Both the position numbers and the translations under genes were made by a program. This document shows positions 26,954-41,537 of a stretch of DNA of 64,000 nucleotides, piece after piece (position 1 is the first letter of the stretch; every line of letters starts with the position of its first letter). Source of the DNA: the human T2T-CHM13v2.0 reference genome, Homo sapiens; the NCBI RefSeq assembly GCF_009914755.1, contig NC_060926.1; one strand, given 5' to 3'. The notes beneath the pieces are model-generated. The model ran no database searches and was not told the DNA's origin. It saw only the letters and a list, made by a program, of their open reading frames with translations.

Positions 26954-27625
26954 GGCTGCCAAATCATTTTATGTCCTATATACTTGACACTTTCTCCTTG
27001 CTGCTTTTTCTTCTGTATTTCTAGGTACAAATACCAGAATTATACTTGAAAATACAGTTGGTGCACTGGAGAATCTATTATTTAAAACCACTCTGTTCAA
27101 AGGGGCACCAGTTTGTAGTCCCTCTGTTTCGCACAGAGTACTATGACAAGGAAACATCAGAATTACTAATCTAGCTAGTGTCATTTATTCTGGAATTTTT
27201 TTCTAAGCTGTGACTAACTCTTTTTATCTCTCAATATAATTTTTGAGCCAGTTAATTTTTTTCAGTATTTTGCTGTCCCTTGGGAATGGGCCCTCAGAGG
27301 ACAGTGCTTCCAAGTACATCTTCTCCCAGATTCTCTGGCCTTTTTAATGAGCTATTGTTAAACCAACAGGCTAGTTTATCTTACATCAGACCCTTTTCTG
27401 GTAGAGGGAAAATGTTTGTGCTTTCCCTTTTTCTTCTGTTAATACTTATGGTAACACCTAACTGAGCCTCACTCACATTAAATGATTCACTTGAAATATA
27501 TACAGAAATTGTAATTTGCTTTTTTTTAAAAAAGGGGGCTAAAGTAACACTTTCCTACTTATGTAAATTATAGATCCTAAATTCACGCACCCCGTGGGAG
27601 CTCAATAAAGATTTACTGAATTGAG
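26954..27625 (+). other. STRADB: STRADB 3' UTR (end approximate)
   Basis: Repeat-free sequence between the stop codon and AATAAA 27604. Confidence 0.8.
27604..27609 (+). terminator. STRADB polyadenylation signal AATAAA (minor ATTAAA at 27477-27482)
   Basis: Canonical hexamer followed by U/GU-rich gagtttatgcttttatttattttcc. Confidence 0.85.
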
Positions 27626-28069
27626 TTTATGCTTTTATTTATTTTCCTTGCATAGTCTGACAGAGCTAATATACAGATTCTGATTTGTTTTGCCAAGAAA
27701 AGCCCTTTCTCAAGCAGATTTATTTACATAATCTATAATCAACTGAGTATTTGATTAAATGGAGGCAGAAGGCATTCTGGCCTTTTGTATGGTTATTGCT
27801 CCTGTAGGAGATACAACATATGAGGGCATAGAGGTCTTAATTAATTAATATTTCCTAATTAGAAAAGAGACTCTGCCATGTCTCAAAAAGAATACATAGT
27901 TTGGAGGTGTGGTAAACTGGGACCTACTTCAGTTGATTTTCTTAATTTATACAATCTTATTTATATTACATTAAAAGTTATTTTAAAATGATTACCTCAG
28001 GACTAAAAAATTAAAAAGACAAATAATATACAAATCCATAGGCGATTTCAAGCACAATTATCTTCATGT

Positions 28070-28360
28070 TTATTGACTGGACCCCCTCAAGAATGAAGGT
28101 TTGGGTTACTCCATCCGTTAAGCCACCAAGACCCACCAAAGTGAAAGAATTTAAAATGGACAGTGGAAAAGGGAGAAGATGAAGACCGCTGAGGCCCTAA
28201 GAGCAACTCTAGTGGTAAGGGCTATAGTTCATCCTACTAACCTCCCCCTTCTAAATTTCCCTTCCGTAAGAGAGGCCCACAGAGACCTTAGAGGTCTTTC
28301 AAATCTGTGTGGAGGTTCTCCTGAATGTGTGTAGTTTAAAAATTGGACCATAGAGGGCCC
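28070..28360 (+). mobile_element. ERVL internal 3' fragment (probably ERV3-16A3-type)
   Basis: atgaaggtttgggttactcca (MKVWVTP) as in ERVL internal 3' regions. Confidence 0.55.
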
Positions 28361-28838
28361 GAAATGGTGCTTCTCAGATCTTCTACTATGGGGTGTGTTA
28401 GGGTACTCCAGAGAAATAGCCAACAGAATCGATGTGTGTATATAATATATCTATATTTTATATACATACATACATAAACTGATTTATTATAAGGAATTGG
28501 TTCATGCGATTGTGGAGGCTGACAAGTCCAAAGATCTGCCAGGTGAGTTAGCAAGCTGGACATCCAGAAGAGCTGATAGTGTAGTTCTCATCCAAAGGTT
28601 GTCAGACTCAAGACCCAGGAAGAGTCAGTGTTTCAGTTTGAGTCCAAAGGCAGTAAAAAGCCAATGTCCCAGTTCAAATGCATTCAGGCAGGAGGAATTC
28701 TCTTTTACTTGGGGGAAGTTTAGCCTTCCTCTTCTATTCAGGCCTTCAATTGATTGGATGAGGTCCACTCATATTAGAGAGTGCAATCTGCTTCACTTAG
28801 TCGACCGATTTAAATGTTAGTCTGATCCAGAAACACCG

Positions 28839-30029
<1,191 letters not shown>

Positions 30030-30164
30030 TGACCAAGTATCTGGGCACCTGTGGCCCAGTACAGTTGACACACAAAATCAACCATCACCATGGGTATCAC
30101 CATGAGTGATGACTTCACCCTGTGAGTGCTTTCTTAAATTTTGTGCCTCAGGCTCCTTGCTTGC

Positions 30165-30666
30165 TGTATTTCCAATGGCTGCTGTAACAAATTGCCACAA
30201 ACTTAGTGGCTTAAGCAACACAAATTTATTATTCTGAAGTTCTGGTCCAGAAGTTTGAAATCAGTCTTACTGAGCTAAAATCAAGGTTTTGGCAGTGCTC
30301 CATTCCTTCTGGAGGCTCCAGATGGGAATCTGTTTCCTTGGCCTTTCCAGTTTTTAGCGACTATTCATGTTCCTTGGCTCATGGCCCTGTTTGTCCATCT
30401 TCAAAGTCAGCAATTTGGGGCTGAATCCTCATTCTGCCATTTCTCTGGTTCTCTCTTTGATTCTATCTTCTACTTTTTAAAGACCCCTGTGATTACACTG
30501 GGCATAATGAGATAATCTGGGATAGCTTCCCTGTCTACAGTCAGCTGATAAGCAACCTTAATTCTGTCTGCAATCGTAGTTCCTTTAGCCACGTAACCTA
30601 ACATATTAACAGGTTCTGGGCCTTAGGATGTAGGCATCTTTGGGGGAACATTATGCTACCTACCAT
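30165..30666 (-). mobile_element. MLT1-type MaLR solo LTR
   Basis: gctgctgtaacaaattgccacaaacttagtggcttaa. Confidence 0.8.
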
Positions 30667-30810
30667 ACCTGCCTCATCCTATCCCTACCCCTGGAAGCAG
30701 GGATTGCAAGTCAGGCCCATTCCTGGGAGACAAAGGCCTTTTGTGATTAATGGCTTCGGCTGGAGCACTCCCCATCAGCCCGACTGAAACTTACTTAGAA
30801 TGACACTGCA

Positions 30811-31562
30811 CTGGCCATCAGAGAAATGCAAATCAAAACCACAATGAGATACCATCTCACACCAGTTAGAATGGCAATCATTAAAAAGTCAGGAAACAAC
30901 AGGTGCTGGAGAGGATGTGGAGAAATAGGAACACTTTTACACTGTTGGTAGGACTGTAAACTCGTTCAACCATTGTGGAAGTCAGTGTGGCGATTCCTCA
31001 GGGATCTAGAACTAGAAATACCATTTGACCCAGCCATCCCATTACTGGGTATATACCCAAAGGACTATAAATCATGCTGCTATAAAGACACATGCACACG
31101 TATGTTTATTGCAGCATTATTCACAATAGCAAAGACTTGGAACCAACCCAAATGTCCAACAATGATAGACTGGATTAAGAAAATGTGGCACATATACACC
31201 ATGGAATACTATGCAGCCATAAAAAATGATGAGTTCATGTCCTTTGTAGGGACATGGATGAAATTGGAAATCATCATTCTCAGTAAACTATCGCAAGAAC
31301 AAAAAACCAAACACCGCATATTCTCACCCATAGGTGGGAATTGAACAATGAGATCACATGGACACAGGAAGGGGAATATCACACTCGGGGGACTGTGGTG
31401 GGGTGGGGGGAGGGGGGAGGGATAGCATTGGGAGATATACCTAATGCTAGATGACGAGTTAGTGGGTGCAGCACACCAGCATGGCACATGTATACATACG
31501 TAACTAACCCGCACAATGTGCACATGTACCCTAAAACTTAAAGTATTAAAAAAAAAAAAAAA
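30811..31562 (+). mobile_element. Young 5'-truncated L1 (L1PA2-like)
   Basis: Near-consensus ORF2 C-terminus (ORF 30973..31344), 3' UTR with GAG at 31456-31458, A tail, exact 13-bp TSD gaatgacactgca (30798-30810 / 31564-31576). Confidence 0.93.
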
Positions 31563-31725
31563 GGAATGACACTGCAGTCTAAGACATTTCCTATTCTGCC
31601 TTCTTGTCTTCCTCCCTCTCTTCCACATTGGTCAGACTTACATCTTGGACAGCTCTCCCAGCCATCTTCTACTGCCTCCCTATTTTTCCCTCCCAGACTT
31701 TTCCCCGCAAAACATCTGTTGCAGG

Positions 31726-32135
31726 TGGTATTAATTTCCTATCACGGCTGTGACAAATTACCACAAACTCAGTGGCTTAAAACAATGCACATTTATTATC
31801 TGACAGTTCTCGAGGTCAGAAGTTTAAAATGGATTGGCAGTGCTACACTCCTTCCGGAGTCTCTAGGGGAGAATCTATTGCCTTCCCAGATTCTAGAGGC
31901 TTCCTACTTCCTTCCCTCATGGCACAGCACTGCTCCAACTTCTGCTTCTGTGGTCCCATCTCCTTCTCTGACTTGTGTGATTATATTGTGCCCACCCAGA
32001 TAATTTGGGATAATTCCCCCGATCTCAACACCTTTGGTTTAATCACAGTTGCAAAAATCTCTCATCACATAAGGTAACATTCACAGGTTCCTGGGATTAG
32101 GACATGGACACATTAGTAGGGGCCATGACTACCAC
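31726..32135 (-). mobile_element. MLT1-type MaLR solo LTR
   Basis: acaaattaccacaaactcagtggcttaaaacaa...gggattaggacatggaca. Confidence 0.8.
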
Positions 32136-33483
32136 ACATCTAATTTCATTTTGGTGTCTGCTTTTCAAAGGACCCAAACTAGCAGTCACTTTAGCTAAAA
32201 TGCCCTCCTATGAGCTTCTATAGTACCTTCCCCAAAAAGCACTTACACAACTCTAATTACTTCTGTGTTTATGTTCACAAAGGACTGTGGACTTCGGAGA
32301 ATATTGTCTCATTCACTGGTATATTGCTGTTTAGTAAAAGTGTCTGGCATTTTGTAGATGTTTAATATTTATTGAATTCTTTCTTGAATAAGTATTTGAA
32401 TTAAAAAAAAAAGACTTTTGAAAAGAAAATGTAAGAGATTTCCATGGTAAGAAGTTTTAAATTCTTTGCTTGTCACAATATTGCCATTAAAAATTTAATG
32501 AGGCAGAGATTAATATTTCTTCCTTTACTGCAAACCAAATCAATGGTTTCCCTCATAAGTACTGTTGGCCAATTGCCTATTAGCTCTCAAGTTCATTTTC
32601 CACTCTCTCCCTGTTCTGCTTCACTGGGATCTACGTTTCCCATGTACCCACAAACTCTGGTTTCCAGGGAGGCAACAGAAGATCAGAGAGCAGAACGAGA
32701 GAGGAGAAACATGGTATTTCTCACCCTTTGCCCCACTCCCCTTCTGCTTCGAGTGTCCCTGGCAGTGGCGGTATCATCTTTGTCTCTAGCTTCAAGACTC
32801 TGGTAGCACCAGTTCCTCCTGCTGTCCTTTCCATCTGAGTGGTGGTAGCACTTCCCACTCTTGCTAATCCCTGGGTTGCTTCAACATCCCTTTTTGCTTC
32901 TTAGCCTTGATTCCATCACCCACAAAACCAACTCCCTGTATTCCTTCTACCTGAAAGATCTGGAGTTGTGTTTTCCCAGTTACATGGTGATTGAAAAAAA
33001 TACTTACAACTTTGAGGATTATTGGAAATTCTTAGTCCCTATAAAAAATTTCTATCCTGATTATAACATTGAATGATCAGGAATTATGTTTTCCATCAGC
33101 CAATTCTATTTAAACCCCATAGTCTTTATAACTTCTGGTAGAAAAATAGAAACAAAAATTCTGTAAATCGAATTTTGCTTTTCAAGAGTGGATCAAAGTT
33201 CAACAAGATCCAAATATTGTACTTACAAAGAAATAGAACCAATTCTCAGAAGTCTGATTTAAATCCTATGTTGATTTAGCTAGATTATATTTTATTCAGT
33301 TTCTACAATTTTATGCAGTTTCCCAAGCATGGTGTTACTAAGAGGCCCTTTCACAGTTGTATGAGTAACTTAGAAAGTCACTGCTGTGTAAGAGATGCTT
33401 CAGGAATTAATATTAACTATATTCTTATGTTTTTTGTGTAAAAAGATGCAATATCAGATGATGTTAAAATGAATAAAAGTTCA

Positions 33484-33947
33484 GCTGGTAGTGGTGGCAC
33501 ACACCTTTAAATCTCAGTTATTTGACAAGCTGAGGCGGGAGGATCGTTTGAGCCCAAAGTTCGAGACCAGCCTGGGCAACATAGCGAGAACTCTGTCCCA
33601 AAAAAGTTAATAAACAAGTATAAGGCCCAGAGAATTGCAAACTGTTGAATCTAGAAATATAACTAGAGCTGAAGAGTAAAAGTATGTATTCTTTTTTTTT
33701 TTTCTTGAGAGGGGTGTCACTCTCACAGCTCACTGCAGCCTTGGCCTCCCAGGCTCAGGTGGTTCTCCCACCTCAGCTTCCTGAGTAGCTGGGACCACAG
33801 GCACGCTATCACGCCCAGCTGATTTTTTGTAGAGACACGGTTTCGCCATGTTGCCCAGGCTGGTCTAGAACTCCTGGGCTCAAGCCATCCATTCACCTTG
33901 GCCTCCCAAAGTGCTGAGATTACAGGCGTGAGCCACGGTGCCTGGCC
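33484..33947. mobile_element. Alu monomer (+, 33484-33605) and AluJ-like element (-, 33690-33947)
   Basis: Alu similarity on opposite strands. Confidence 0.85.
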
Positions 33948-34214
33948 TAAAAGTATATATTCATAACAAAAGGCTGCACACATTGATAACCACAAATCAC
34001 CTGAAAACTGGGTAGAAAGGGAAAATTTACAGTGTAACAAAGGTTGGAGAAGTCAGAGAAATACAAATTGGAGTGATATTATATAGTGGAAAAATTAAGA
34101 AAAACTGAGAAATAAAACTTTGTTAATGAATATAAACTGAATACGTATTTCTGGGTTTGTTCCCTAAGGTTCATGAACAAAAACACATTTACATCAAATG
34201 TGTTTGTTTTTCAT

Positions 34215-34220
34215 TTTAAT
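34215..34220 (-). terminator. C2CD6 probable polyadenylation signal ATTAAA
   Basis: tttaat on + strand, 170 nt past the stop codon. Confidence 0.65.
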
Positions 34221-34389
34221 CAAAACAAAATGGTTCTAACAAGATGAAATTTGGTTGCTGACTTCTGTCACACAAAAGAAGAGATCTCCAAACCATTTTG
34301 TTAATGGAGAAGTGATATTCTGACTGCTGGCCTCACATATCATTCTGAGTTAAACATGTTTTATAATATCACAAATGAGCGAACATTTT

Positions 34390-34680
34390 TCAATATCCTC
34401 TTTTAATTTTTTTTGGCCGCATTTTATGCATTTCATAATCTGATGTTTTATCATTTATATGAACTAAGCCTGATGAAACCATTCGACGACTTGTAAACTT
34501 TCCACTGTAGCTTTCTCGTTGCTTGTTAACCTCCGGAGCAGTATATGGTCTTGCAGAGTGTCTGGCATGGTTATGGATATCATCTGAGCTTTTTCCTAAA
34601 AGCCTTGATCTTGATTTTACTTTTTTAAGGTGTGTAAATGAGGTCATGTCATGTAAATCCTCAAATTTATCTGAACAATC
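34390..34680 (-). CDS. C2CD6: C2CD6 (CATSPER tau / ALS2CR11) last exon: DCSDKFEDLHDMTSF...RPKKIKRGY-stop (96 aa)
   Basis: T-rich tract + tttAG acceptor at 34682-34681; phase 0; extends ORF 34390..34647 by 11 codons; convergent position next to STRADB. Confidence 0.9.
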   Translation of the reverse strand, partial: DCSDKFEDLHDMTSFTHLKKVKSRSRLLGKSSDDIHNHARHSARPYTAPEVNKQRESYSGKFTSRRMVSSGLVHINDKTSDYEMHKMRPKKIKRGY

Positions 34681-36617
34681 CTAAATAATAAAATAAAAGA
34701 TCCAATTGGTAAATTAGGTTTCTTAAAAGTAGGTTTTAAATTTACAAGGACTTCTGACATGGATGGTCAAAAGAAAAAAGAAAAACAAACAAGGACTAAA
34801 GTTTATAATAGCAACAGTTAAAGACAAAGAATGAAAACACTGAACGTTTCTTAGGCAGTCTCTAAATTCAGACCCTACACCCGATGCCTCCCATTAGATA
34901 CTGTGCTAGATACTATGCTAGCAACCATGCTTTAAAAAGATCTGTTACAAAGTATCCGTTATTTCAAAAGATATTGAAGATAAGCTAGAAACCTGAAAAA
35001 CTTGAGAGCTGACCTCAGGGGTCAGACTCCTAAGCAATGCTGGCCAGATTACTTTGTAATTTCTCTCCAACAAAATCTCTCTCTCCGACCCCAAATATAA
35101 ATTATGAACTCTTATATTTTACTTTTCATATCATCCAAAATTTGATCTTTCATCCTTTAATAACCATCTTTAATTTATGTACATACAGAGGGAGAGAGTG
35201 TGTGCCACACCCAAGAATATGGTTATAATGTTTACATTAAAAATAAAAAATTGCATGTATACTCTGAGTAAACAAGTAAAACATTTGGTAAAATAACTGG
35301 AAGGATATATACCATAGTAAATGATTCTTTTTCAAATTTTCTATTATATAGCTATATAAGGTATGAATCTAGTAGTTACCCTCAAATTAGGGTAAACAAT
35401 TTCCTCAGCAGTTTGAGCAGCTCATCTCATAATACTTTGCAAAGATAGCCACACCAAGGGAATGGGCTGCTTGATTTGAACACAGGTGGGGATGGATTAA
35501 TAGAACTGGGGATCAGGGAACATTGGGCAGGACTAATAAGAATTAGGCAGTCAGAAAAAGATTTACAAAAAAGACTGTATAACGAGTCTAAAGATAAATT
35601 CTACCTATTTAACATTTCTGCCTGAGTTTGGAGAAGGCAAGAAAACATTCTTCCTCTTCCCTCTTACGTACACAAGACAATTAGGGAAGCCACAATGAGA
35701 TAATTTATGCTATGTTAGTGAGTAACACATAATTTTCCTTCACAGCTGATATAACTTGATTACTGGAGTGGCAGTGGAAGGGCATGGAGACCCAGGCCAC
35801 TGGTCACTTTTCTAGGTGCTCCTACGACTCAATTTCTCTCTTCTGTCTTGATTCCTTTGGGAGATTCCTGGATTTTAGAAAATCAGATGAGTAAGTTGTT
35901 ATCATCTGAAAAATGCCCTCTTACCACACAATTATCTATTAGAGGAAAGTTTAGGAACAGTTGGTTTAACTGAGAGAAATAAAGATAACTCTATCTCCCT
36001 TGCCTGCTCTTAGGATAAGGGTTCTGAGATCCTATATAATCTTATATCATTTAACATAAACACAATTTCTTACTTTGCTTGAAAAGTTGTATTAAAGATT
36101 CCATTTGTCTTAAAAAATTCAGAAAATCCTCTTTGAAGACTATCACCCCATCTTCTACCTTTTTTCCGAGTGTGTAGACACGTGTGTATATACACTCACC
36201 CCCTCAATACTAAGTTTCCGAATTTAGATAGAAAAGAAAAATCCAAAATTGAAAGTATAAGCTGATATTTATACCCTGTCACTATATAGCTAATATTTAG
36301 CTGTATAATATATAGTGTGTATAATATATAGCTATATAATATTTACCCTGTTACTATAAAGCTAATAGTTTGCTTTACTGTGGAAAATAAATTCAAAGCA
36401 ATTACGCAGAAATTAGATTTTCTCAAAGGTAGAATTATGCACATCAAAGTATCAATTTAATATGAGTTTTACTTACTCATATTTACTTAGCAGTTTTTCC
36501 AATTATGGGTCATGCCTGTTATGCATACTATAGGGAAGACCAGTGATTCAGAAAATTAAAAATCCCTTCCATTCCTAGATTTTAAATTTGCTTTAGAATG
36601 ATTTGTATAAAGTCTAG

Positions 36618-36998
<381 letters not shown>

Positions 36999-37480
36999 TA
37001 GCATGGTGGTGAAAAAAGAAAAGACTAGAAGTTAAATTTTTGCAATTCATAATCCAATGGATTGTAAATTTTGCATATCCCTAATTTTTAGCCAGATAAC
37101 TGGCACATGGGAGCTTCATATTTGTTTAACTGAAGCAAAGATAATTCGCTATGTGAAAAAAAACCTCTAATAGTTGTAGTTATATCTCTATGAAAAGAAA
37201 ATGTCGGCTATGTTTCCACAGTATCTGGCCACAGCCAATGGTTGTACTAATTTTAGTCAGGGCTAAAATCCAGCCAGTTTTCCACAATCAGGACTGTGTA
37301 CTCTGACTCTCGGCTGTGTCAGCTGGGAGAATCTGCCCAGAGGAAGAGGGCACCTTTTTCTAATTCATGTCCCAGATGGTGGGTTGGGGGAGGGGTGCCA
37401 CTGTTTATTTCATAAAAAGGTAGTAGGTGTGTTAACAGTCCCGCTGATTTTGTGATTGTATTTTGAATCAGGTGAGGTGA

Positions 37481-37800
<320 letters not shown>

Positions 37801-37946
37801 TTTCAGAGGAATTTTTAAATTGGAGGTCTGTATGTCTTGGGGGTAATTAAGGTTATACACACAGTTGGATGCAGATATATACACCCTAAATTATTGCCAG
37901 AACTTTGCCAAATACAGAAGTAGAAGACTTAGAAAAACATTATTAC

Positions 37947-40900
37947 ATGTATAGTTCTTCTTGCAGTCCAGTGAAGCAGTGTCCTTGGAACAGACTTCTT
38001 TAGGTGAATTCTTGTGGTGGGCAGTGTGGTTGGTAGTATCCTGACTATCTTGTTAAATGACTTTTTTGGTTGGGCGACACGGTCTCTTTCTTTTCGGACC
38101 TTGGGTTTTAGATCTTCTATCTTAAATAATTCTGGGAAGAGGTGTGGTTTCAAGTTTTTCTCATCTTCTACAACCTTATATTGGAATGACTGTATTTCAG
38201 GGAACTTGGCACATTTTTCACTGCAAATTTCATCTGGTTTTATATAAAGAGTTTGTATTTCTTTTTTGTATTGTGCAAATGTTACTAAATGCTTTTTATT
38301 ATTGTTATTATTTCCTTTCAATGTCTGACAATACTGGTCTTCTAATTTTGATTTTTCCCCAGTCTCTGTATTGAAATGAGTTAAAGTGCTACTTTGCCAG
38401 GAAGGGAAAGTGATTCTGTTTAAGTACTCATCTTCCCTTGGCATTCTGGCATTAGGAATTCTTGGATACGATGTTAATACTGCTTCAGGTTTTTCCTGAA
38501 CAGTCCATTTATAGATGTTTACATGCTCCTTTCTATCAAGGGACTTCATTTTCAGTGTCTTTTCACACCAAGCTTTTGATTGAGTTATTTTTGATTTACC
38601 ACCCCAACTATATGGGTCTTGAATCTCTGTTTTATGAACAGAATTTTCTGCTTGAGGAAGCTGCGTGAATACATGTTCTTTCCTTAGTTTCTTAAGCAGT
38701 ATATCTGTAAGTATTTCTGATGACTTACTTAATGGACTTGCCTGGATATTTTCATTGGAAGAAGGTTGTACTTTGATTAAACTTGGTGTTTTAGCTTCTT
38801 CCTTAGTGTAATAACTTTTCTGTTCCTTAATTAAAGATGAATTTCCCTTTAAATTCTGTAAGGGAAAATATTTCTTTTCTTTCTCTCGAATCAATTCTGC
38901 TTCTCTAAGTTTATCCTCAGAAACCGTTTGTAAAGTGGTTTGTTGAACAATTCTTGAATATTTATTTTGCTTTTCTGAATGCTTCTCCACAAAGTGACAG
39001 TCATCTCTAAAAGGTAAATGTGTTTTTATATATTTTAATGGTATAGAACTAGAATTAAGCAAATTTATATGCTGGTTGATCCCTTCTAATTGCTTTTTTG
39101 TCATTAGTCCTGATTTTGAAAGTTTTTCTATAAAAAGACTCTGGAGGTGTTTGCTTAAATCAGCTTTTAGATGTAATAATTCATTTTCTGATAAAGCTAT
39201 CAGATAGTTTTGTAGAGATTTACTTAAAGGATATTTCATGTTTATTTCAAACCTTCTACCAAAACTCCCCTTTGAAATATCTTGTTCTAGTTCATGAAAA
39301 GATATTGAGACACTTTTAGTCCTTAGAGAAGATATGTTTGGGTATATAGTCTCAGATGCTGTCTCATTAAATAAACTGCTTTCTGAAATGTTTTTTAGGA
39401 AATAGTTTTGGAGAATCTCTTTTAAAAAAGATCTCAGCTTTATTTCCAAATGTTTATCTATGAAATGATGATTGAAATTGTTGACAAAAGACATGATTTC
39501 TTTCACAGTTTCAGAATATTTCCCCTGAAAACTGTTTGGCCCTTTCTGCTCTGCTTTCTCATTCATCAGATACAGATTTTGATAGATTTTTGGTAAGTCC
39601 TCCTTGGTGATATGTCCTGATTCTGAAAGTCTTTCTACAAGGTAATGCTGGATTTGTTTACTTAATTCAGATTTTAAATGTTTTACTTCTGACTCTGAGA
39701 GTTCTTCTAGAAACACACGCAACTTTGGACTCAAAATAGGTTTTCTGTCTAATTTGTCTGCTTTATCAAAATCCTCTTGGAGTTCTTCAAGGTGTTCTGT
39801 GTCACTTGTAAAAGAAGGTTGAATTAGTCTTTCTAATTCTTTTTCTGGTTGTCCTCTTCTTTCAGAATGATTATATTTGAAAAAAACATTGAAGATGTTT
39901 TTTAAAAAGGATTTTAACATTATTTCATCTGATTCACTAAGTTTATCCATTAATGAGTTAGTTAAACTTTCTAAAGTAGAACTGAGATCATTTTTGTCTT
40001 TACCAAGCCTCTGACCATTTCTTGGCAAATACAGTTCTTTATTTGCTATTGAATAATAACTTGAATCTTGTGGGAACATATTTTGGTCTTCCTGTATAAA
40101 TTCAGCTCTACTAACAGAAGTAGTGTCTTTGGGAATGATGGGTATACTCTGCTCAGAAAGAGGTTCTGTCTCGCTTCTGATTTCTGAATAATACTCTTGG
40201 GAATCCTTTAGGTTTCCTTTAGGAGAAGTGATCCCCGTACCCAGCAAAGAACTCTTATGGTGTTCTTTATCTAATTCTATCACTTTGATTATCCCAGATT
40301 CTAAAAGTGTATCTATAGGAAATGCTTGTATTATCTGGCTTGTAGCAGATCTGGGCTGTGGCAATTCTATTTCATCAGCATTTTCTTCATGAAATAGAAT
40401 ATGTGATGACAAACTTCTCTTCCAAGGTGTAGGTAATTGATTTTCCAAGTTCATTGGTGTTTCACTTGGCTCTTTCACTTCTATCTCCAATTCTGAGAAT
40501 ATTGGTGCAGTGAATATTTGCCTCATAATGTAGTCATGTACAGTGCCACTTGAACCTGATTTGGAGTTAGGTACTTCGCTTATTAAATGTTTCTTTTTGG
40601 TACTACTATTTTTTTTAATTGGAAAATCTCTCTCATCAGCTTCGAAGTGTTTTTTAGAGACATGTTCTTCTACCTCTGGAGATTGTCCTGGTCCACTTTC
40701 TAAAAATGAATCTGCAGGAATATTTTTAATTATCTGACCCCCTTCTGAAAGTGAATATTCAGGAATATTTTTAATTACTTGACCACCTTCTAAAAGTGAA
40801 TCTGCAGGAATATTTTCAATTATTTGACTACCTTCTGAAAATGAATCTGCAGGAATATTTTTAATTATTTGACTTAAAGTAGTCTTTGAATTTAAAATGT

Positions 40901-41537
40901 CTTTTTCTGAAAGCCAGTTGTTTAAATCTTGTTTTTTTTCCAATACGTTGTCTTCCATACTACTTGATGATTTATCATGAATGCTTAGAAGTGGAGAACT
41001 ACTTTTCTCTCTTGCTTCACTGTTCATACTAACTTCTGGTTTAGAAAATAATTTGTCTGAAAGGTCTTGCAGATTTTCACTTAAAATTGACTTGAGTATC
41101 ATTGATTGTTTTAAATATTCTATATGGGGGGTAAAATTTAAAGACTTCGAGAGGTGACATGTGTTTGCCTGTACATTTCCAGCCCTTGATGATTCTCCTT
41201 TGATGCTTGGTAAAGATACATTTGGTAGATTTTCTTTTAAACTATTCTTTGTATCTAAACCCTTTATTGTATTGATAGTAGGATCAGGGGCTAACTTATT
41301 CTCAGTTTCTAACATCTTTGTTGTGAAGATATTAGGGTCATGGGCCCAGGTTGTATTAGCAGGTCCTGCAGTTTTTGATTGTGCTGGATAAGGAGGATCC
41401 TGGTCTTCATGCTCTATGACCTCTGCACCTAAGATATTTCTATATTTGTATATATCTTGATCTTTTCTTTTTCTGACTGACATTTTGTTTATATTCCTTA
41501 GAAAAGGATCAAAACCGTTCTTGTTGAATTTCTGAAA
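37947..41537 (-). CDS. C2CD6: C2CD6 giant 3591-nt cassette exon (1197 aa), long isoform
   Basis: ORF 37929..41543 bounded by ttttttttttaatattgcAG and CAT|GTAATA; phase 0-0; 1197 aa equals the difference between the 1820-aa and 623-aa isoform lengths I recall. Confidence 0.93.
40692..40871 (-). repeat. Coding tandem repeat, 4 x 45 bp (QIIKNIPADSFSEGS / QIIENIPADSLLEGG / QVIKNIPEYSLSEGG / QIIKNIPADSFLESG)
   Basis: Visible in DNA (caggaatattt every 45 bp) and in translation. Confidence 0.95.

Larger units (their letters stand above)
30690..32185 (+). mobile_element. LTR16-like ERVL LTR split by the L1PA2 and an MLT1
   Basis: aggcccattcctgggagac...ctaatttcattttggtgtctgcttttcaaaggacccaaactagca. 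Confidence 0.6.

Noticed and set aside
30973-31344. 123-aa ORF as a cellular gene
   Set aside because: It is the L1 ORF2p C-terminus in a 5'-truncated, promoterless copy
40692-40871. Regularly spaced repeats resembling a CRISPR array
   Set aside because: Contiguous in-frame 45-bp coding units with no unique spacers, in mammalian DNA with no cas genes
38014-41391. + strand ORFs antisense to the giant exon
   Set aside because: Short shadow frames of a long coding sequence
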